Shown: positions 32,601 through 39,644 of the stretch, in pieces
Numbering within the stretch: position 1 is the stretch's first letter
How the letters are laid out: the number at the start of each line of letters is the position of its first letter
Assembly: GCF_001194135.2 (NCBI RefSeq)
Contig: NC_068991.1
Span: forward strand, 61,482,463-61,522,106
Length of the DNA stretch: 39,644 nucleotides
Source: Octopus bimaculoides
Taxonomy: Eukaryota
Direction: 5' to 3'
Program-made: the position numbers and the translations under genes
Notes under the pieces: model-generated
Told to the model about the DNA's origin: nothing
Database searches by the model: none
What the model saw: the letters and a program-made list of their open reading frames with translations, nothing else

Positions 32601-33561
32601 ATAATGTTTGAATGTTTGCACAACAGGTTTGGGAAATACAGTTTTATAAAAGCCCTAAACAAAAAAATAAACCCCAAGTCTTGCCCTGTTTAATCACACC
32701 ATCATTTGTTGGCCCTTTGGTGTCTTTTGTAGAGTTCACTTTGTCCATTCTGTTGTATACATTCAGACTAGGTCTCTGGTCAGAGAATAACTTCATATCT
32801 TTCTCTGCTGCCATCAATCTTGGATGCCTTGACAAGGGGTATGTCAGCTGTCTTAGCCATTAGAAAAAAAATAAATGAGGGAGATTTAGAGGCTATTTCA
32901 ATCCAGTCAGGTGATCACAAAGACATTTTCTTATTGGCTCATTGTGAGTCAAGTGTATTCATCAAATGTTCAGGGTTGTGCAGATGACAAATTATGAACT
33001 ATCAACCTTTTGCTAGACAATGTGGCACCTTTCACCAACAGCAACTTTCAAATTGTTTGAAATAAAATTAGAAATTTTAATCCCAGTTTGGTGTTAATAA
33101 TATAATTATTACAACTTAAAATTTGCTTAACAGAAAATGAGAAAAAAAGTTTTTTAAAGTATTAACAATGTAAAATACGAAAAAACATCTAAACTATATC
33201 TGCTTATTAAATTATATCCAATGAACTAGATGAGCCACTAAATTAATTAAGCGTAACTGATATTCATTCAGTATAAAAAAAACAAAAAACAAGTTCAAAG
33301 CAGAATATCAAATAAACAATTCTACTTATTCTTTCAATCAATCCTATATTGATTCTAAATATTATCTTTGTTCTTTTTCTATATATTTAAAGTAATGAAT
33401 ACAAAGCAAAATAGTGTACAGCACTTGTGACTCTAAAAGTAACCTTAAATATATAACAAGAGTTTAAAACAAAGCTGTAACAGAATATGCACAAAAGAAA
33501 TAAATGGATGATGCAAGCTAGGTGAAATAGAGGGCCAAGCCATTATGATAGATGTAAGCTA

Positions 33562-34509
33562 TTAGGTTGTTTGGAAAATATTGACTGATTTTTCGAAAAC
33601 ATTTTTTTCAAATTCGCTTAAGATGTTATTTTTGTAGTGTTTTGGATGAAATCAATAACTGATGTGTACTCTTTGATAAATTTTTATTGATTTCTTTCAG
33701 AATATAATTTTGAAGCATAGAAATCCTTAATTTCAAACATGAAAAAAGAAGATATGCGTTTACATTTTTTGCATGAATTCAAGCTTGGACATAATGCTTC
33801 CCAAACGGCCACAAACATCAACACAGCATGGGGTGAAGGGTCCACTAGTGATTGGATAGTATGACAGTGGTTTGAGAAATTCTGTAGTGGGGAAGAGAGC
33901 CTTGAAGATCAAGAAAGTAGAAGACATCCATCCATCCTTGATGATCAGCATTTGAAAACAAGTGAAACAAAACTCATGACAAAGTGTCAGAGAAATGTCT
34001 ATGTTTGGTGCCAGCTTCTGGAACCTAACCAGAGCATAACATTGAAAATCTTCTGTAAGGAACTGAAAAAAAATGCACATTCACTGGAGCAAAATATGAC
34101 CTACACTTGTTAATAGACGTGGTCCAATTTTGCTTCAAGACAATGCTTAACTGCACATTTCCAGGATGATACTGCAGAAGCTCACTGGCTTGAAATACGA
34201 GACTTCACCACATCCTCCTTATTCTCCTAACCTTTCACCCACTGATTACTACTTTTTCAAGCATCTAGACGCTTTTTCTAAAGCAAAAACCTTGTTCCAA
34301 AACCAAGGTTGAAACTGAATTCGAGGATTTCTTGGTATCAAAACCTTTGGATTTTTATTGAAGAGGTACAAATGACCTTATTAATTGATTGGAGAAATGT
34401 GTAGCTGTTCAAGGATCATATTTTGAATAATTAAACCTTTGTATAAGTTCAGTTTTTCAATAATATAGGCTTTTTTTTTTTAATTGACCATTTATTCCAA
34501 ACAACCTAA
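33562..34509 (+). mobile_element. Internally deleted mariner (Hsmar1-like) with TIRs and TA target duplication
   Basis: TA-ttaggttgtttggaa..ttccaaacaacctaa-TA. ATG at 33739: MKKEDMRLHFLHEFKLGHNASQT..WFEKFCSGEESLEDQE, later GPILLQDNA..HPPYSPNLSPTDYYFFKHL. The middle of the transposase is missing, and there are stops and frameshifts. Confidence 0.93.
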
Positions 34510-34656
34510 TAGAAAAGAAGTTGGCCCGAGAACTTATAAAACAGATAAAAAGACTAACACAAGATTAGGCATCAAAATACAAATGTAAATGTATGCATTT
34601 GTGTGCAAGTGTTTGTGGATACATATCTGCATTGAAAAACTTATGGACAATATATA

Positions 34657-35553
34657 CAAAGTGGTATTAAAAGTTCCCGGACTAGTTACGTTTAATGAAA
34701 AATAACTCATTTACCTAAGTTTTAACGTCGTCTCCTTTGAAATACTCACCTTGCACAGCAATACACTGGTCCCAATGTTCCTGCAACTTTTGGAATTTGG
34801 CCTGGAAAGTCATTTGCTGTGAGTCGAGGACATTCTGTGATTCATTCTTGGTCTCCAGTGTTAAAATGGTAACCTTTCAACAGCAATTTCATCTTGGGGA
34901 AGAGATGGAAGTCTGCAGAGGCTAAATCTGGTGAACAGGGTGAGTACAGAAGTGATACTATGTTGTTTTTGGTAAGAAACTCATGAGTGAGGAGAGAGCT
35001 CGGTGACTGACAGGGTGCATTGTCATTGTGAAGAATCTATTTCTTCACACTCCACAAATCCATTCACTTTTACCAAATATTCTCCCTCAAATTCTTCAAA
35101 ATATTACAGTAGAACTCGATTGATGGTCTGGCCCTGGGGGAATGAATTCTTGATGCACAATACTGCAGATGTCGAAACAATGATGAGCATGCACTTGATT
35201 GAGCTTCAACCCTATCATGCCTCTTGAAGCACCCGTACCACTTGAAGCATTGTGTACAACCCATTGCCTTGTTGAAGCATGTGCAATGTCTCTGTAGCAG
35301 ACTTCCCAAGTTCAATGCAAAATTTCACATTAGCTCTTTGTTCCAATTTCCTGTTCACAACAAAAATCGCAGTCTCTAGCATACACGTGATCACAAAAAC
35401 ACAAATTTCACAACTTGCAAAGTAAACACAATGACGTCATTTGGGACACTGCCTGATGAAGGTCACTGCTAACTCTCACTGCACACACATTTGTGTGCTG
35501 CCATCTGTTGGCATACCATAGAACTAAACTGGGAACTTTTTGATACCACCTTG
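34657..35553 (-). mobile_element. Internally deleted mariner of a second subfamily with TIRs and TA target duplication
   Basis: TA-caaagtggtattaaaagttccc..gggaactttttgataccaccttg-TA. On -: EQRANVKFCIELGKSATETL..CFKWY..; IVHQEFIPPGQTIN..ILHNDNAP..SPDLASADFHLFPKMK. Confidence 0.92.
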
Positions 35554-35844
35554 TATGCATATGTGTGTGTGTGTGTGTGTGTGCTTCATTCTTTTGAAAG
35601 CCAAAACAATGTGAGTTATAAGATATAATTCAATGATTCGTATATTTATCTTGTATTTCGATATTTCGGGGTTATGACACTTTTTTCATGAAATTATCAG
35701 AGATTTGATATTACAAGCTAAACTTTCATTGATGAGTACACTACACTAATATTTATCACATAAAACCTTTAGGTATGAAGAAATAATCGAATTATATATA
35801 CATATGTGTATGTATGTATGTATGAATGCATGCATACATTTATA

Positions 35845-36128
35845 TCATCATCATCACCGTTTAATGTCCTCCTTCCGTGCTGGAATGGGTTGGACGGTTT
35901 GACAGGAGCTGGTCAGGAAGAAGACTGTACCAGACTTCTGTGTCTGTTTTGGCACAGTTTTTACGGCTGGATGCCCTTCCTAACACCAACCACCCTGCAG
36001 AGTGGACTGAGTGGTTTTTACATGGCATGAGCACAGGCGAGGTCAGGGTTGGCATGGTTTGTGCAGCTGGATGCCTTTCCAAGCTGCCAACCACTTTACA
36101 GTGCGGACTGGATGCTTTTTACATGGCA
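35845..36128 (-). mobile_element. RTE-type 3' tail with an internal tandem duplication
   Basis: catcatcatcaccgtttaatgtcc..gggttggacggtttgac; the unit gctggatgcc.ttcc..ccaaccac..ttttacatggca occurs twice. Confidence 0.8.
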
Positions 36129-36371
36129 AATCATGTATATAAACTGTTTTCCTTTCTCCAAGATAATCTGTGGGGATAGGAAAAAAAGGACATTAAACTG
36201 ATACATTAACAATAATGATTGTGATTGTAACGATGATGATGATAATGATTATAAGAGAGCATATACCTAGCACTTCCCCTCTAGCTTTTCAATGAAATGG
36301 ACCAATCACAACCCATTTTCCTTTTCTTGGTTGGTGGAATTTAGACATTAAGAAGTTAAGCAACCATCTTT

Positions 36372-36432
36372 TCATCATCATCATCGTCGTTTAACGTCCG
36401 CTTTCCATGCTAGCATGGGTTGGACGATTTGA
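36372..36432 (-). mobile_element. Extreme 3' tip of RTE tail
   Basis: catcatcatcatcgtcgtttaacgtccgctttccatgctagcatgggttggacgatttgac. Confidence 0.85.
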
Positions 36433-37184
36433 CTTTACACAAACCACCAAGACTGAGCGATATAAAGAAACCATACTTTTTGTCAAACAAACTCACTCTC
36501 AAAGTATTAGTCAGGCCAGGGTCATTGTACAAGACAATCACCCAAGGTACTGCGCAGTGGGATTGAACCAGAAACCACATTGTTATGAAGCAGAATTCTT
36601 AGCCACATAATTGTATTGGCACCTATGATGATAGATGGTTCAATGGTCCAAGGCAATTTGGCTGGTATGTTTAGTAACCAGAGTAACTAAACAAAGATTT
36701 CATCAGTGGTTCATAGCTGGCTGGNNNNNNNNNNNNNNNNNNNNNNNNNNNNNNNNNNNNNNNNNNNNNNNNNNNNNNNNNNNNNNNNNNNNNNNNNNNN
36801 NNNNNNNNNNNNNNNNNNNNNNNNNNNNNNNNNNNNNNNNNNNNNNNNNNNNNNNNNNNNNNNNNNNNNNNNNNNNNNNNNNNNNNNNNNNNNNNNNNNN
36901 NNNNNNNNNNNNNNNNNNNNNNNNNNNNNNNNNNNNNNNNNNNNNNNNNNNNNNNNNNNNNNNNNNNNNNNNNNNNNNNNNNNNNNNNNNNNNNNNNNNN
37001 NNNNNNNNNNNNNNNNNNNNNNNNNNNNNNNNNNNNNNNNNNNNNNNNNNNNNNNNNNNNNNNNNNNNNNNNNNNNNNNNNNNNNNNNNNNNNNNNNNNN
37101 NNNNNNNNNNNNNNNNNNNNNNNNNNNNNNNNNCGTTACTATCACCATCATCACCAATTTTTTCCCCCCCTTCCATAGGTGCAA

Positions 37185-37342
37185 AAGTGGCTGTGTGGTA
37201 AGAAGCTTGCTTCCTGACCACATGGTTCTGAGTTCAGTCCCAATGCGCGTCATCTTGGGCAAGTGTCTTCTACTATAGCATTGGGCTGACCAAAGCCTTG
37301 TGAGTGGATTTGGTAGATGGAAACTAAAAGAAGCCAATTGTA

Positions 37343-37396
<54 letters not shown>

Positions 37397-37605
37397 CATG
37401 TATTTGTGTGTCTGTGTTTGTCCCATCACCATCCCCTTACACTGATGTTGGTGTGTTTATGTCCCCGTAACTTAGTGGTTCGGCAAAGGAGACTGATAGA
37501 ATAAGTACTAGGCTCACAAAGAATAAGTCCTCGGGTTGATTTGGTCAACTAAAGGTGGTGCTCCAGCATGGCCGCAGTCAAATGACTGAAACAAGTAAAA
37601 GAATA
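37185..37605 (+). mobile_element. tRNA-headed SINE family B, full length
   Basis: gtggctgtgtggtaagaagcttgct..gagttcagtccc..gctccagcatggccgcagtcaaatgactgaaacaagtaaaaga. Confidence 0.9.
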
Positions 37606-37749
37606 ACAGAAAATGGATGAATTCAATAGAAGAAAAATACACACACACACACATACCATCATCATGATCACCACTACCACCACCATCACCATCCTCAACC
37701 TCATTATCATCATCATCGTCGTCATCATCATGTCACCACCACCACTACC

Positions 37750-37890
37750 ACAGTCATTTAATATCCATTTTCCCATTCTGGCATGCTTTCGACAGTTTGG
37801 ACAAGATTCTTCGGTAAGCAGCAAGGGTTGAGTCGAGCTCTATTGCCAACTTTGGTATGATTTCTACAGCTGGATGCTATTCCTAATGCC
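37750..37890 (-). mobile_element. Degenerate RTE 3' tail
   Basis: tttaatatccattttcccattctggcatg..ttctacagctggatgctattcctaatgcc, next to a CAT/CAC tract. Confidence 0.65.
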
Positions 37891-38027
37891 TTTCCTAATC
37901 AAAAAACAATATATACAGAAAACAAAAATTCATTCCCAAAATGAAAAAAGAAAAACAACCTCTCTTGCCCACACATGCACACAAAATTACACATCTGCAT
38001 ACATATAAACACACTCATATATATATA

Positions 38028-38272
38028 CTGTTGTGTCTGGGGAGAGTCATTTTCTTGTTGTGCCTTGAAATTTAACACACTCACCATTAAAATTTCCACT
38101 TATTTCTTATTCTTATTTTCCTAAAATTTTCGTTGCGTTTTGCAACCTTATCAATAGTCTTGACTCAACAAAATTTTAGGAAAATAAAAATAAGAAATAA
38201 GTGGAAATTTTACCGGTGAGTGTGTTAAATTTCAAGGCACAATAAGAAAATGACTCTCCCCAAACACAACAG
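38028..38272. repeat. Fold-back element: 103-bp inverted arms (38028-38130 / 38170-38272), 39-bp spacer
   Basis: ctgttgtgtctggggagagtcattttc..ttcctaaaatttt vs aaaattttaggaa..gaaaatgactctccccaaacacaacag, with about 5 mismatches. Confidence 0.93.
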
Positions 38273-39557
38273 AATATGCTTCAACACNNNNNNNNNNNNN
38301 NNNNNNNNNNNNNNNNNNNNNNNNNNNNNNNNNNNNNNNNNNNNNNNNNNNNNNNNNNNNNNNNNNNNNNNNNNNNNNNNNNNNNNNNNNNNNNNNNNNN
38401 NNNNNNNNNNNNNNNNNNNNNNNNNNNNNNNNNNNNNNNNNNNNNNNNNNNNNNNNNNNNNNNNNNNNNNNNNNNNNNNNNNNNNNNNNNNNNNNNNNNN
38501 NNNNNNNNNNNNNNNNNNNNNNNNNNNNNNNNNNNNNNNNNNNNNNNNNNNNNNNNNNNNNNNNNNNNNNNNNNNNNNNNNNNNNNNNNNNNNNNNNNNN
38601 NNNNNNNNNNNNNNNNNNNNNNNNNNNNNNNNNNTATATATATATATATATATATATGTATATCTATATATGTATGTATATCTATATATATATATGGTCA
38701 AACACATACATACACAAATACATACCCAGTCACACTGAAGATATTTACAAAAATAATTTTGTTCCAAACGTTTTTTTATCAAAGTGATCCATCAGTGGCC
38801 AGACATGTTATAAGTATCGACACAGAATAAAACAGACATTGCTCCCCCACCCTGGGGTGGGAGTGAGTATGATAAGTAATTATTATGCGTAGAGAGAAGT
38901 GGTGGTGGTGGGGGAGCAGATTCCTTTACATTCTTTCTCATTTTTATTTTTCTTACATTTTTTTTTCTTATGTATTTCCAATCGTCACCATCTTTTTTCA
39001 AAGCACAGACGTCTGATTAGTACTTTGCCTCTTTTAATATATTTTGATATTTATGAAGAATATCATTGTTATTATAATTACTATTATTATTATTGCTGTT
39101 GTATTTCGGGATGGTTATCTTATTTATTATTATGATTATTTTTATTATTATAATTTTTACCAAATAAAAACAAAGACCAGTGCATGTATTTATTTGGCAA
39201 AAAATAAATAAATAAAATAAAAAAATAAATAAAATGACTATCCCAAAATACAACAACATCAGTTTCAACACACGATTTCACATCAGGAATCTTGCAAAAC
39301 AAATTGATATTATTATTATTATCATTATTATTATCCTCTTCTTTCAGTTTTGTTTCCATTTCTCCGAGTGTCTTCCCGACACCTAGTGCAAAGAAATTCA
39401 CTGTATACATTGGTAGGCCCATTAAAATGAACACCAGATTGCTCATTTACAAAGTCATGTGATAGAAAAAAAAAGTGGAAGAAAGAAAGAAAAAGAAAAG
39501 AAAAAATAATAAAATAAATTGTTATTACTATTATTGTTGTTGTTGTTGTTGTTGCTG

Positions 39558-39644
39558 TAAGGCAGTGAGCTGGCAGAATGATTAGCACATGGGTCAAATG
39601 ATTAGCAATATTTTGTCTGTCTTTATGTTCAAATTCCACGGTCA
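39558..39644 (+). mobile_element. SINE family A head (runs off window)
   Basis: aaggcagtgagctggcagaatgattagcac..gttcaaattccacggtca. Confidence 0.8.

Noticed and set aside
35655-35705. Hammerhead-like ctgataa..cgaaat on -
   Set aside because: Core G8 is missing and the stems are weak.

Overview
Repeat-saturated eukaryotic DNA, about 3.5 kb of it N gaps. The SINE, RTE and microsatellite content looks cephalopod (Octopus-like); this is pattern recognition, not a search result. The only host gene I can support is the 3' part of a type I membrane receptor on + (803-5154). A phase1-phase1 exon (803-1288) encodes a 17x15-bp Ser/Thr/Pro mucin-like stalk plus a transmembrane helix. A gap-interrupted terminal exon (~3656-5154) has a translation resembling the C-terminal half of a SEFIR domain and its extension, i.e. 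an IL-17-receptor-like protein. The rest is decayed mobile DNA: RTE LINE pieces (one near full length, internally deleted, with a nested insertion), a Tx1-like LINE end in a GATA/GA microsatellite, a Penelope-like retroelement (RT thumb + GIY-YIG), three mariner relics, a TTAA-flanked MITE and many tRNA-headed SINEs. Unexplained structure includes several long inverted repeats or palindromes and minimal hammerhead-ribozyme motifs, one of them in the loop of a 130-bp-arm hairpin (22201-22592).
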